Assembly (NCBI RefSeq): GCF_036321535.1
Contig: NC_087436.1
Span: forward strand, 8,556,001-8,620,000
Source: Camelus dromedarius
Taxonomy: Eukaryota
Reading direction: 5' to 3'
DNA length: 64,000 nt
Part shown: positions 1 through 13,410 of the stretch, one piece after another
Numbering within the stretch: position 1 is the stretch's first letter
How the letters are laid out: each line of letters begins with the position of its first letter
Made by a program: the position numbers and the translations under genes
Notes under the pieces: generated by a model
The model's database searches: none
What the model was told of the DNA's origin: nothing
Seen by the model: the letters and a program-made list of their open reading frames with translations, nothing else

Positions 1-1734
1 CATATAAGAAGTTCTAAAAGGTTTCATTCAGGCCTAAATGAAAAGACATTCTGACAGAATTGAAGGGAGAAACAGACAGTTTTAAAATAATAGTTAGAAA
101 CTCAAATACTCTACTTTCAATAATAGATTAAACAACCAGACAGATTTTCAATAAGATAATAGAAGTCTTGAACAACAGTATAAGTCAACTAGACTTAACA
201 GATGTATTTAGAAGATCCCACCCACAAAACAGCAGAGTCACATTCTTGTTAAGAACACATGGGACCTTCTCCATGATAGTCCATAGGTTCAAGTACAAAA
301 CAAGACCTAATAAATATTTAAAAACTGAAATCATACAAAATATCTTCTCCAAATACAGTGGAATGAAACTAGGAATCAATAAAAGAAAGAAAACTGGAAG
401 ATTACAATATGTGGAAATTAAGCAACACATTCTAAAGAACTAATGAGTCAAAGCAGAATTAAAAGAGATGTTAGAAAGTATTTTCACATGAGTGAAAAGA
501 AATGCACAACATACTAAAATATACTATATTGAAAACAGTGCTCAAAGGTCATTGATAGCTATAAAAAATCTACATTAAATAAGAAGAAAAAATCTCAAAG
601 TAATAATCAAATTGTGTATCTTAAAGAACTAAAAAAACAAAAAAACAAAAGCAAAAAACTAAGCCTAAAACCAACAGAATGAAAGGATAAAGATTAGACT
701 GAATGTAAATGAAAAGAGAACAGAAAAACAATAGGGAGAATCAACCAAAACAAAAGTTGGTTCTTTGAAAAATGCAACAAAAATAACAAGAGAAGAATCA
801 AATTCTGAGTCTGTAATGAGAGTGGTGATATTTCTACTGACTTTATGGATCTAAAAAGGGGTAAAGAGAATGCTATGAATAATTGTATACTAATAAATTA
901 GATAATGTAGATTAAGTGGACAAATTCTTAGAAAAACTCCCAAAACTCACTCAAGAAAAAATCTAAGCATAAATACAGCAAGTAAAGGAACTGAATTACT
1001 AATTAAAAACCTCCCAAGAAAGAAAAGTCCAGCCTCAAATGGCTTCATTGGTAAATTCTGCTAAACATTTAAAGAAAAAAATTCACCTATATTTCTATAG
1101 ACCTTCCAAAAATAGTAGAGGAAATAGCACTTTCTAACACATATTGAAAGGCCAGCATTACCCAGACACCAAGGCTAATATTAGAAGGAAAGAAAACTAC
1201 AGACCAATATACCCTTTGAATATAGATGAAAAAATCCTCAACAAAATATTAGCAAAGCAAATCCAGAAGCACAGTCAAAGGATTATATACTATGAACAAG
1301 TGGAATTGATTACAAGGATGAAAGGGTAGTTCGATATAAGGAAATCAATATAATAGTTTATATTAATAGAATAAAGGAGGTCATAGTCATCAAAATTGAT
1401 GCAGAAAATCATTTCACAAAATCCAACACACTTTCATGACAAAAAAAAATCAGCCAACTAGGAATCTCTTTAATATGATAAAGGATATTTACGAAAAAGA
1501 AGCAGCTAACATTATACTCATTGTCACTGAAAACCTTCCCTCGAAGATCAGGAACAAGACAAGGGTGCCTACTTTTGCCCTTTTAGTCAACATTATGCTG
1601 GAATTTTTGTCTAGAGCAATTAAGCGTTAAGATAAAGAAACAAAGTCATTCAGATTGGAAAGGAAGAAGTAAAACTATCTTAGCTTAAAGATGACCTGAT
1701 AATATATATAAGAAATCCTAAAGTGTGTGTGCAT

Positions 1735-1790
<56 letters not shown>

Positions 1791-3040
1791 TTAGAGCTAA
1801 TAAATTCAGTAAAATTGCAGAGAACAACATTCAAAACTCTACTGTGTTTCTATATACTAGAAATAACCAATCTGAAAATGAAATCAAGAAAAATTTCCAT
1901 TTACAATAGCATAAAAATAAAAAAATATTTCAGAATTGAAACGCTAAAGTTTACATCCATATGGAATTAAAAAGGATCCAAAAATAGATAATTAATCTTG
2001 TAAGAGAAGAAAAAAAAACAGGACTCACATTTCCTGATTTTAATACTTAACTAGAAATCTACTTTATTCACAACTATGTGGTCCCAGGATAGGGATAAAG
2101 TTTTAGACTGATGGATTAGTATTGAGACTTGGAAATAAACTGATATATCTACAGCTAATTTAATTTTGCCAAGGGTACTAAGACTATTCAATTGAACAGG
2201 ACAATCTTTTCAACAAATGATGCTGTGACAAATAGATATCCACATGCAAAAGAATGAAGTTGGCTTCCTTCCTCATATTATATAAAAAAGTTAACTCAAA
2301 ATGAATCAAAGATCTGTAACTATAAAACTCTTAGAAGAAGACATGCATACATCTTCATGATTTTTGATTTAGCAATGGATATATTAGACATAACCCCTAA
2401 AGTACAAGTAACAAAATAAAAAATAACACAATTTGGACTTTATCAATTATTTTAAGATTTTGTATATCAGAGACCACTATCAAGAAAATGAAAGATATCC
2501 CACAGAATGAGAGAAAATATTTGCAAATAATGTGTCTGATCAAAAGAACTCTTACATTGCAAGGACAAAAAGATGAACAACCCAAATAGAAACTGGACAA
2601 AGGGTTTGAACAGAAGTTTCTCCAGTGAAGATAGACAAGCGACAAACAAGCACTGAAAAGGCATTCAACATCATTAGTCATTAAGAAATGCAAATCAGAA
2701 CACAACGAAATACCACTTGATACCCATCAGGATGGCTATCATGGAAAAAATGAGTAAAACACTTACTGGCCAGGATCTGGAAAAATTAAAACTCTTATAC
2801 ATTCCTGATGAGAATGTAAAACAGTGCAGCACTGAAGAAAACAGTTTGGCAGTTTCTCAAAAATTTAAACATGGAATTACTATGTGATCCAGGAAATCAG
2901 TTCTAGGTGTAGATTCCTCCAAAACTGTAAACAGGTGTTCAAACAAACTCCTGTACACAAATAGCAATAGCAGTACTATTCTCGATACCCAAACTGTGGA
3001 AAACCCAGTTATTCACCCACAAATGAATGGATAAACAAAA
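1..3040 (+). mobile_element. Old LINE-1 ORF2 remnant (endonuclease to RT to C-terminus), heavily degenerate
   Basis: ORF fragments resemble L1 ORF2 (LDLTDVFR, HGTFSMIVH, KENYRPIYPLNIDEKILNKILA). The + strand is A-rich with many stops and frameshifts. Confidence 0.92.
1723..1788. repeat. (CA)n microsatellite (1736-1788) preceded by a short (GT)n
   Basis: Seen directly: gtgtgtgtgcatg followed by about 26 CA units, embedded in the L1. Confidence 0.97.
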
Positions 3041-4387
3041 CGTTTACTTCGTCTGAGCTTTGGTTATTTTCTTTGTTACATAGTCTAATAATACATAACC
3101 AGTGAGGGTTACAGAAGGAGGTGTACAAAATCTGATACATTGCAGGTGCTTAGTAAATTACAGCTATTACCATTAATGGGAATTGTGAGATGTCAAGAAA
3201 ATATATTAAACATACAAAGAGTGCAAATATCAGTCTTTGGTCCATTCTTTTCAAGGGTTTAGATCATTCTCCTGAAAAAGGAAGATAAATACATTTAACA
3301 GCTCTGACTTTTCCCCCTCAGCAGGTTTTCCTATCTGTTCACGCTTTTTTTGCGGTTCGCTTAGCTTTTTGACTTTAAAATAATTCCGCATCTTCTACCT
3401 ACTTGAAAAGATACATGTTGCATTATCAGGGCTAAATATCCAGCAGTTCAGAGCACCAGCTGCTAATTCGTTTTGATGTTGTTCTTTAATTTAATGTCTA
3501 CAATGGGTGGGTGAGTGGTGGATGGCTGGCATAGACCATTTTTAATTCAGAGAACTTAGCACTCAGATACTTAGAAATGCCATATGGAGAAATATGTCTG
3601 CCTAGCACATTCCAAGTATATGAGCTTCAGTTTACTTTGAGGCTGATTCTACATCTTTATTTATTGATGAGCTTTTCGATGCCAATCCTTCAGCATTAAA
3701 GTGTAGAAAAACAAATGATTTTCCCTAAAACCCAATGATCCAGTGCAATACATAATTGCATTATTATTCTTCCAAGAGAATAAAAGATTTATCTGATAGC
3801 AAAATCATTAAACAAACCTCTTTTCTTTCTGATTTATGAATGATTAAAAGTATTGTTTGGTTGACATGGCTAATTAGAACAAACAACAATTTAGTTTGGA
3901 GACTTGAGGGGCCAGTAACCTTTCCTTTAATTCTTTTAATTTCTTTGTGCCATTAACAGTGCTTAAATTGTCATATCACTCTTCTCACGAGCTTTTTCAG
4001 TTTTTTTCTTTGTTTCTGCTGCTGATTTTATTCCCCATTATTTGCTCATTTTATTTTAAATATGATTGAAATCATTACCTGTTCTCTCACTATGCATAGT
4101 CTTAGGTACATACAAAGTATGGATTCACCAGCAGTTGTCTTCTGAACTGATTTCTGTGAGTTTATGTTTTATGAAATTATACTCAGTATTGGTGCCTTTT
4201 CCAGTCTGTGTAAGTTGTCCATTTCTTAAAGGAACTCTGTGCTTACTTCTAACACTAAGTACATTATACTCTATTATATATACTATATTAGAATCTGTGC
4301 ACTTGACAGTGTCTTTCTATTTAACATAAATAATACGATATTAAATTTCAACAGCAGCCTAATTCTAGAAGCAGTGTATGTAACTGA

Positions 4388-4840
4388 TACATCCTTTCAC
4401 ATATGCGAGGTTTGCATCTTTGGATTCAAACAACCATGGGTGGAAAATATTTTTAAAAATCCAATAAACAAAAAAGCCCTATGGTATAGTACAGGGAACT
4501 ATATTCAATATCTGGTGATAACCTGTAATAAAAAAGATGGAAAAGAATATATGTATTTATGACTGAATCATGATTTTCACCGGAAACTAACAACGCTGTA
4601 AATCAACTACACTTCAATAAAAAAAGAAAATCCAGAAAGTTCCAAAAAGCGAAACTTGAATTTTCCAAAAGCTGGCAACAATTCACATAGAAATTACACT
4701 ATATTAAGTATTATAAGTAATCTAGAGCTGACAAAGTGTATGGGAGGATGTGTGTAGGTTATATGCAAATACCATGCCATTTTACACAGGGTCATTGAGC
4801 ATCTCCGGATTTTGGGCATCCTAGAATCAATCCCCCATGT
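4388..4840. mobile_element. MER2-like TcMar-Tigger DNA transposon, split by an L1 insertion
   Basis: The motifs ggattcaaacaaccatggg...aaaatatt, aaatccagaaagttccaaaaagcgaaacttgaattt and ttgagcatctccggattttgg...aatcaatccccc match the MER2 consensus as recalled. Confidence 0.75.
4464..4625 (+). mobile_element. 5'-truncated L1 3' end nested in MER2
   Basis: tatagtacagggaactatattcaatatc...aactacacttcaataaaaaaag, flanked by aaaatcca on both sides. Confidence 0.85.
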
Positions 4841-5008
4841 TCACAGTTCACAGTGGCATTCAGTTAACTGGTTTATTTGTTTTTAACTCTAGTAAATTTT
4901 CTCAAAAACCAACAGTTCTTAATGGTCCTGCAAATTGAGGGAACTTCTCTATCTTGTAATCAAGGCCATCTATGAAATAATTTGTATGCCCCATTTCATA
5001 CTAATTTT

Positions 5009-5167
5009 TTGGGGGGGGTTAGTTAGCTTTGTTTGTTTGTTTGTTTATATATTTACATATATAAATACATATGTATTTATTTATTTAAATGGAGGCACTG
5101 GGGATTGAACCCAAGACCTCATGCATGCTAAGCAGGCACTCTACCACTGAGCTATACCCTGCCCCCA
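5009..5167 (-). mobile_element. tRNA-derived SINE (Vic-1-like)
   Basis: The minus strand reads gggtatagctcagtggtagagtgcctgcttagcatgcatgaggtcttgggttcaatccccagtgcctcc (A and B boxes) plus an AT-rich tail. Flanking repeat ccccatttcatactaatttt at 4989-5008 and 5168-5187. Confidence 0.9.
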
Positions 5168-5305
5168 CCCCATTTCATACTAATTTTCAACAATGTCACC
5201 ATATACTTCAGCTTCATTTATACAGTTACTAATGAAACCATGGGTAATCACTGATTACATCCATTACAACTCTCACCTGCCCTCACTGATCAAGGTTGTT
5301 TTAAT

Positions 5306-5846
5306 TGTTGCTACAAAAAAACTTGCATGTTCACTAAGCAGCAAGTAGTCTAAACAATAAGATGGTCTGTCCAAGTTGTTTTCCAGGAACTCAGAGTCAG
5401 CTGTGTCTAGTTAGAGCTGAGCTGGTTAGGACTGGGTAATACCACTGACCTTCCAAATGGGCACATGTGACTCTCTCCAGGTGACCTTTTGACAACAGAG
5501 AGCTGAAAGATGCCACCCTCAGATCAGGCTAAGCAACTCCATGTTTGACCAGGTGTCCCGTGAAGAAGCCTCTAGCTCAACTGTGTCTTCACAGAATGAT
5601 GACTATGACTTCAGCTTCTTCTTATTTCCAATTACCTTTCTCCACACTCCCCACACCTCACATCGCCCTGCTTCTTTACCCCATAAACACCTCAACCCCT
5701 TGGCCTTTGGAGAAGCAGATCTAAGACTTGTTCCTCTGTCTCCTCGCTCAGCTGCCTTGTGAATAAATCCTCTCTTTGCTGCAAACTTCGGCATGTCAGC
5801 ATCCTGGCTCGCTGCGTGTCAGGCAAATCAACCTGGTTGCATAACA
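5306..5846 (+). mobile_element. Solo ERV LTR
   Basis: TGTT...AACA termini, aataaa at about 5762 followed by a U5-like tract, and near-matching flanks ttaat/ctaat. Confidence 0.75.
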
Positions 5847-5987
5847 CTAATTTCTCTAACATTTTTCCTCCTTTTCTAACTCTCCATTTCCTCTTCTCAT
5901 GGTGTCCTATTCAAAACGTGGCTTAGGTACTAAAGATGCATCTCTAAACAGGGAAGAGTCATAGTTCTTAAAGCATTTGTAGTCTAG

Positions 5988-6190
5988 GATTAATAACGCG
6001 GTCCTGGGTGCCAGACAATCTGGTTTCAAATTGTACCACGTACCATGTGTGAGGTCCTCCGTGATCTAGTTTCCTCATCTGTAACAGGAGTATAGAATAA
6101 CATCTACTCATAAGGGTTTTGTGAAGCCTGGATTAATTCACATAACACAAACAAAATGGTGTCTTGCACATGTTCACTGCCATACATGTT
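5988..6190 (+). mobile_element. MIR SINE
   Basis: Core agtttcctcatctgtaa...aataacatctactcataagggttttgtgaag. Confidence 0.75.
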
Positions 6191-6397
6191 TGTCAAGTAA
6201 ATATTTAGATGTTTACTAAGGAAGACACAAATTACTTTAACACAATGTATGGTGTTATAGTCAAGCATGAAATTCCATTGGAAAATGGGCAGTTTGTACA
6301 GACCGATAGAGATTATCAAAGTCTTTCAAAAGGAACTAAAGTTAGTGTTGGAAGACGGTGGTCAGATGGAGGAGGAAAACACATTTTATTATTTATT

Positions 6398-6630
6398 AAT
6401 TTTTTTTTTAATTGAAGTATCATCAGTTTACAATGGTGTGTTAATTTCTGGCGTACAGCATAGTGATTCGTCTATGTATACACATATATCTATATTCCTT
6501 TTCATATTATTTTTCATTACAGGCCATTACAAGATCTTGACTATAGCTCCCTATGCTATACAGTAGGTCCTTGTTGTTCATCTATTTTAATATGTAATAG
6601 TGTGTATCTGCAAATCCCAAACTCCCAATT
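6398..6630 (-). mobile_element. L1 3' end fragment
   Basis: A poly-T run then aattgaagtat...tttacaat...ccctatgctatacagtaggtcc, the same family as other L1 tails in the window. Confidence 0.88.
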
Positions 6631-9600
6631 TAATGCATTTTAAATGTAGGAAACAAAATAGGCAACAGTGTCAGTGACAGTGAGTCCAGCCTGCCGTGCA
6701 CTACACAAGTGAAATGCATGAAGCATAGATATTTATTTAGATCTTCTTCTAAGCTCTTGGAGAGCCAAGTGTTGGGTCAGTGTATCAGCCGTGCTTGTAT
6801 CCTGAATCAGAGCTTTACACATAAGAGATGCTTGTCGTCTCATGATTTATTCCTGATAGCTTCCCAAACTTCCCTCTGACACTCCTCTCCATCACATTTC
6901 AATCGACTTCACGCAGAGCTTCCAGGATAGCCCACAGGACACACATAATCCCTCAAAAGCAGAGGAGGCAAAAGAATTCGAGTTGCTGCCTGTTCTCGAG
7001 GCACTGAAGACACACTGCTGTTTTAGCACGAGTCCCATTTCTCACACCTTGTGGCCCCTTTACTCTTTATTCAGCCCCTCTGTTCGTCTATCCAAATCAC
7101 ACGCATTTGCCTAATGAAACAGACATACTTTTTCTAACTTTAACATGTATGCTTTTGAACTTCTTCAAATCTAGAGGTGAAACAAATGGTGGGGAAAGCA
7201 AGGAAAGCCCCAGAAAACAAAACAAAAAAAACACTCCTGCAGGGAAGGGATGAAGTTCCCGAATACTGGCTAGTTCTACGCAACATGTCCTTGAGGACTC
7301 TCTGCCCTGGTGGGTCTGCCCGCGGACTGAACATCTCCATTAGTTTTCTCACTGTTGTCCACCCCTTCCTCTTAGAAAATAAACTCCACACCCACTACTG
7401 AGACACTTTCCCATCTCTGATCAGATCCCATCCCATCTCTGATCAAAACTTTGGACGGCTTCTACCACACTCACGATACAATGCAATTGACTGTCCTCCA
7501 GACTCACCTCTGACCTCTAGAGACGAGGCCTGCCTGCTCCACCTCAAACATTTCAGCAGGATTTCTGTTTCATAACCTTGAGCTCACAGTTGCATCTACC
7601 TAAAATACTTGGCTTGATTGGTCTCTCAACTTTTTTTTTTAACAATAATATCATCTTTTCACAAACACCTGCTATAGTTCTTGTTGTCAACAATACCTGC
7701 TAATATTTTCCTCAATCTTGTCTACATTTTAGTGGGCTAAAGTCAGCTGCTGGAATTCTGGGCATCTCTGTGTATTTCCACGTCTGAGTCTCTAGTCCTT
7801 GACATTAGCGACCTGTGATTGAGGAATCCTGTAATCTCATCCAAGGATTGCTTGGTAAGGTTCTGCTCAATTCCAGCAGGCTGTTCTTTGGTTGGCATTA
7901 TATAACTTCCATTTTTTCATTCTCTATCAATGTCTATACATTCCTTATTTGCAGGACTATTGAGAACACTGTAGATGTTATATAGAAAGTACCCAGTACA
8001 CTGCCTGGCATGAAATAGTCAGGACCACCTACTATCATTGTTCTTGCTCTTAATGAATCTTAATTAATGAGGTTCATGAGATTTCTGAACAGGAAAGCTA
8101 GATTTTCCTCCTGTGCTAATGAGAATCTTCTGAAGAGTCCAGAACCAATTTTCTTATTTATCTTGCCAGACTGTTCCAGAAACCAGGTAGGTTTGGAATT
8201 ACTCCAGAGAAAGTGAGTTAGGTGTCCAAGGGGGCTGTGACAAAACTATGGAGGTACCAGCATAGCTCAGGGTATCTCAGCTTCGACCCTGGGTCTTAGG
8301 GCTGCTTGTATCACTCTGTGTCCTTGATGATTTCCTCTAGCAGACTGTGTAACCCCCCCCCCCCGCCAAAAAAATAGCAAGCAATTTGAGCATTCCCTGC
8401 AGGAGATCTAAATGCTATTCTTCCAAGTGTCCTAAGGATTGGATTTGATTTTTTGAAAATACATCACTCTATAATGCACCACATTTCTCTGTTAGAGGAG
8501 AGAGTATGATCTTTCATACTCATTGTTTCTTAGTGGTGGCGCTGTCCTGGAAAGCGACCTGAAGACTGAGAACACCTGACAGTGGATTGCAATCTGATTG
8601 CAGCTTCACTGATCTGTCTGGAAGGGGGTTTATATCACACTTACTACCAAGTACCTGTTAAAGCTGTTTATGGAGACTACAAAGAAGAAATAATTTTTAT
8701 GCTCCTTTTAGTTTGCTATAAATTCAGAAACAAGTTTGCCTGAACAGCTGATCTGTGAATTAATAATGAGGGACTATAACTTTGTTTCACTACAGTGTGT
8801 CAAGTACTTCCTTTGTGTTTAAAAATTAATGAGGCTCAGAACTCCATTTCCTTACATGAAACAGATTTCAAAGGCATACAGAGCGATCACCACTTGCCTC
8901 CGTGGAAACTTCCTTCCAAGACCAGGTTTTGGCTAGTAAAAGATAAATAAATTTAAAAAGTTTAGCTTTGAGCTCAGTATGACATAATCATTATATTCTT
9001 GCTTGAGGACTTCCTGAAAATATTCTGTGAAAAATCATGTAACAAATAACTTCCGGTCAAATATATCACGCCTTGTCTCAGAAATGCAATCTACCTAAAG
9101 AAACAATTAACTGAGTCTTCCACCATGTGAATAATCCTCTCCGTTGCTCTCAATGGATCTATGCTTTTGAATTTTTACATCTTCTGTTGTTGAAGTAAGA
9201 TCATTCACTCTGCTATACTGTTTATTCAGTATTATCTTGAATTTGCCAAGACTAACCCATCAGGGTAATGAGCATCCTATCACTGGGGTAATGGGACAGA
9301 TACATGCTATGGTGAAAATGCCCTCTTCTCCAATGTGATGCCTTAGTCCTGGGGATGGACACGTGGCAGCTGAACCAAAGTCAACTTGAAGGTGACCCGA
9401 GGCAGTGAACAGTGACCTTCTCTAGTATTTTATATTGGTCATCATCAGACGGAGACGGGAGAGAGGACAAAGCTTGCACTAAGGTTGAAAGATTGCCCAG
9501 ATATCCATGTAGTAAGAGTAATTCTTAAAGTAATTTTAACATCATTATTTTGTCATTGGAAATGGAATGTTCATTTATTCAAAACATTTACTTAGTGTTT

Positions 9601-9755
9601 ATGGGGGACATTCGACATGACTGTGAATGATAGAATCCCCTGAACACAAACACTCTACCCTTCTTAAAGGTTTTATTTTTGAGGAGCAGGGAGAAAACTT
9701 CCTAAATACGGTCTGTAGAAGACTTACATTTTCCTTTATTTAAAGAAAAGCTTAT

Positions 9756-9849
9756 GAGGGTGGGTATAGCTCAGAGGTGGAGCATGTGCTCAGCATGTGC
9801 GAGGTCCTGGGTTCAATCCTCAGTACCTCCATTAAAAAACTTAATAGAG
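9756..9849 (+). mobile_element. tRNA-derived SINE (Vic-1-like)
   Basis: gggtatagctcagaggtggagcatgtgctcagcatgtgcgaggtcctgggttcaatcctcagtacctcc, with a perfect 14-bp TSD aaagaaaagcttat at 9742-9755 and 9850-9863. Confidence 0.92.
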
Positions 9850-10599
9850 AAAGAAAAGCTTATACCTCTTATTTTTCATCCTTCTCTAAATTAAAAAATA
9901 TATATATTGGTTTCATTTTGCTCTTTTCCTATTGTCTTTATTTCCCTATATAAAGGGAATCTTACTTCTTTCCTGTACTAGGACTCAGTATGAGGAAAAG
10001 ATTTTGTAAATACCCAGTCTCTGAAAGTAGAGATTGGTAGGTAAGTCAGCAAGTGGCAAAAGACTACTTTGGATTTTCGCAGATACACATTCTTCAATTT
10101 CAAGGAGGTTAAAACACAAAAAGGTTATGTGATATTGCAAGATTTTTAAAAAGGTAGACACTGACGTTAGAAACTGTACCTAGGAAACAAAATAATTTAT
10201 ATCATAAATTGTTGCTGTCTTGCTGAACTTATTCAAGTTTCCCATATTTAGATGTTAACTACATCAGGGTATGAAAAATACAAAATCCGAAGATCACGGG
10301 GTATGTCAGCTTCTGGCCAAATGTCCCCCAAGCAGCCTAAGTTTGTGATTTATTTGTAGTCGAGGCTATACTTGGTAATGTGGTGAACTGAATTTTGTAA
10401 CAGATATCATAGATGTAGGATGATTGTTGAATTTAAACAGCTATTTATTGCTTGTTTCTATTTCAAAGACTGTCTCCCCTGAGAGGATGATTAACACTTT
10501 GCAGTCCTTCTGTAGGACCACTAGATGACCACAAAGGGACCACAAGGCATTAGACAGCAGCCCAGAGTCGGATGCGCTGGTCTGAGGCCATTTTAAGAC

Positions 10600-10775
10600 C
10601 TGAGAGTTTGCTTTGAAGCTGGAGGGACTTTGGAGATGATCTGGTTCAATCCCTTCATTTTACAGATGAAAATCTTAAAACCCAGTGAGATTAAAGGATA
10701 TACCTGAAGTCACACAGCTCACTTATTGAAGAGCTCGGATTATTAGATCCCATATTCTGAAATTCTATTCTATTC
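10600..10775 (-). mobile_element. MIR-family SINE remnant
   Basis: cccttcattttacagatgaaaa...gaagtcacacagct, the reverse complement of the MIR core. Confidence 0.7.
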
Positions 10776-11735
10776 CTCACTCAGGAAAGAGTTGGTCATG
10801 AGCAGAGCTTAAAACTACTGTGGGAAATGCATTTTTTATTAAACTTTTAAATTGGTACATAGTGAAAAAGAAAGGTTAACAATTTGGGAGTGTTTAAAGA
10901 TTATAAACCAAAAAAAAAAAATAATGCCAGAAAAATTCTTAAAGAATAAAATGTGCCATCTTCTAGCTAGTATATCAGTCTCTCTTTGCTTAATATTATT
11001 TCTGTTGTGTAACATAATTTTATGTATCTTTATATTCTTCACTATTTGCAGAGATTCAATTTACAAAAATTAACCATGTATAGTAATTCTCTTCACCTAA
11101 TGATTATTTAACAACCACTGTCTGTTAGGTGCTGCACGGAGTGAGTGGTTTTCCAAATTCTTATAGCTTACCTCAAGAAGCTTAATATATAGAGTGCAAG
11201 GATAAACAAGATCCTCGGATAGAAAATGCAATATGATAAATGCTGCAATGGCTGTGAACACCATCAGCTTTGAGAATACAGGAAGTGGACAGAGTATTAC
11301 ATATGTAGCTAGGAAATGGTACAGGGGAAATCTGGCAAAAAATTCCTTAAAACTAAAGGCACAATTCGATGTGGGTTTTAAACAAAAGACAAAACCTTGT
11401 AGGCAGATATGAAGGTGGATATTTTTTAGCACAGGAATGACTCCAAGTTCATGTCTACTGCATTGCCTGTTTCCCTCTCCAAACCTGAAGACACAACTTT
11501 TTTAAAAGAAGCTAAGTTTTTATTTTAATTATGAATAAAAGTAAAATAACCATACTTTCTCTGATCTCTAGCAACAAGTGATTTGAAAATAATTTCATAT
11601 ATTTAATCAGTTACCTAATGATCTCCAGCAGAAGTGAAAATGTATGACAACTGCCTCAGAGCATTCAACAAAATGTGGTTTTGAAAAAACTTTTATTCCT
11701 TACTGAAGATGACATTAAGAATAAACTATGTCAAT

Positions 11736-12622
11736 ACAAATGGCCAATAGGCACATGAAAAAATGCTCAATATCACTAATTATCAGAGAAATGCAAATCA
11801 AAACTACAATGAGCTATCACCACACATCAATCAGGTGGCCATCATTAAAAAGTCCACAAACAGTAAATGCTGGAGAGGCGGTGGAGAAAAAGGAACCCTT
11901 CTACACTGTTGGTGGGAATGTAGTTTAGTGCAGCCAGTATGGAAAACAGTATGGAGCTTCCTCAAGAAGCTAAAAATAAACTTACCCTATGATCCAGCAA
12001 TCCTACTCCTGGGCATATATTTGGAGGAATCTCTAATTCAGAAATATGCCTACACCCCAATGTTCATAGCAGCATTATATACAATAGACAAGACATGGAA
12101 ATGAGCTAAATGTCCACTGACAGATGACTAGATAAAGAAGTTGTGGTATTTTTACACAACGGAATACTACTCAGCCATAAAACAGAATAAAATGCTGCCA
12201 TTTGCTGCAAGATGGATGGATTTAGAGATCATCATTTTAAATGAAGTAAGCCAGAAATAGAAAGAAAAATACCATATGATACCACTCATATGTGAAATCT
12301 AAAAAAAAAGGAAAAAGAGGACACTAATGAACTCATCAACAAGACAGAAACAGACTCACATAGTAAATAATCTTATGGTTAGTAGGGAAAGAGGATGGGA
12401 AGGGGTAAATTTAAGAGTTTGAGATTTGCAAATATTGGCCACTATATATAAACCAGATAAAAAATTCTTCTGTATAGCACAGGGAGCTATATCTAATGTC
12501 TTATAATAACCTTTAATGAAAAAGAATATGAAAATGAATATATGTATATGTATGCATGACTGGGACATTGTGCTGTACACCAGAAATTGTAACTGACTGT
12601 ACTTCAATTAAAAAAATAAATA
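11736..12622 (+). mobile_element. 5'-truncated L1 (ORF2 C-terminus + 3' UTR + poly-A)
   Basis: ORFs [19 protein letters not shown] and KCWRG...[23 protein letters not shown]...PYDPAI match the L1 ORF2 Cys-rich domain. Both flanks contain actatgtcaa. Confidence 0.95.
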
Positions 12623-12943
12623 AGTAGACTATGTCAAGATTTTGGCAATAGCTTTTAATGTGATTTAATGGTCTAGGTCTACTGTTGAGATTAAAGTACA
12701 CCTTGTGTATTACTTACTATGGAAAACTAAGCATTACGTATATGCATACAGTGTAAATATACAATATAGATTTGAACTAGAAATTAGAAACCCACTAAAT
12801 TAGATACTAAATGTTCAATAGTGGAAGTTGACTTAAAGATTTTGCACAGATCTCAGTATGAATCCTTAGAAAAGTATTCCCTTCATTTTTATGGCTACTT
12901 GTCATTAAAGTTAATTTTATTCAACTTGGTGAGTACTGATTTC

Positions 12944-13410
12944 TGTAGGACTCGTGTTCCATGCGGCATCAGACGGTAGAATAAGACCATCAGTTCTACT
13001 GTGGGGAGCTTGACTGACCGAGGGTCTCAGCTGCTGTGCTTCGAAATCTCTAGCTGCACTTGTGACATGATCGTGCTGTCCCCAGGCTCCTGTGTGCAAT
13101 GTCTGAGTGCAGTACCGGTAGCAGAAAAGGCCCATTTCTACTGAAGTGAGCCGTCTCTGAATGTGAGTCCTGGCTCTAGGACATCCAATGCATGGCTAAA
13201 GCTTTCTTAGAATCTATGCTGGTCTAAGATGCTTCATCCAAACTCATTTCTTTTCTTACCATTCTTCACTCAGACTCAGACTCAGACATGCCCCATGATC
13301 AGACACGCATCAGGAGAAGACATGCACTGGGGGCAGTCAGCTCTCCCAGACTTCCTAGGCTCCCTCCACATTTGTTCTCACAGGTGTTTCTCCTAATTTA
13401 ATAATCGAAG
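12944..13410 (+). mobile_element. Probable old ERVL-class LTR remnant
   Basis: GC-richer segment starting TGTAGG and ending gctctcccagacttcc...ctcacaggtgtttctcctaat, reminiscent of ERVL LTR 3' ends. Family not determined. Confidence 0.4.

Noticed and set aside
168..2705. ORFs with endonuclease/RT similarity as an active retroelement or domesticated gene
   Set aside because: Fragmented by many stops, frameshifts and a microsatellite: a dead L1.
7410..7445. 14-bp direct repeat cccatctctgatca x2
   Set aside because: Only two copies with an 8-nt spacer: a trivial local duplication, not an array.
9756..9835. tRNA-like sequences at about 5090-5160, 9756-9835 and 36170-36245 as tRNA genes
   Set aside because: They have A/B boxes but diverged stems, AT-rich tails and TSDs, so they are SINE copies.
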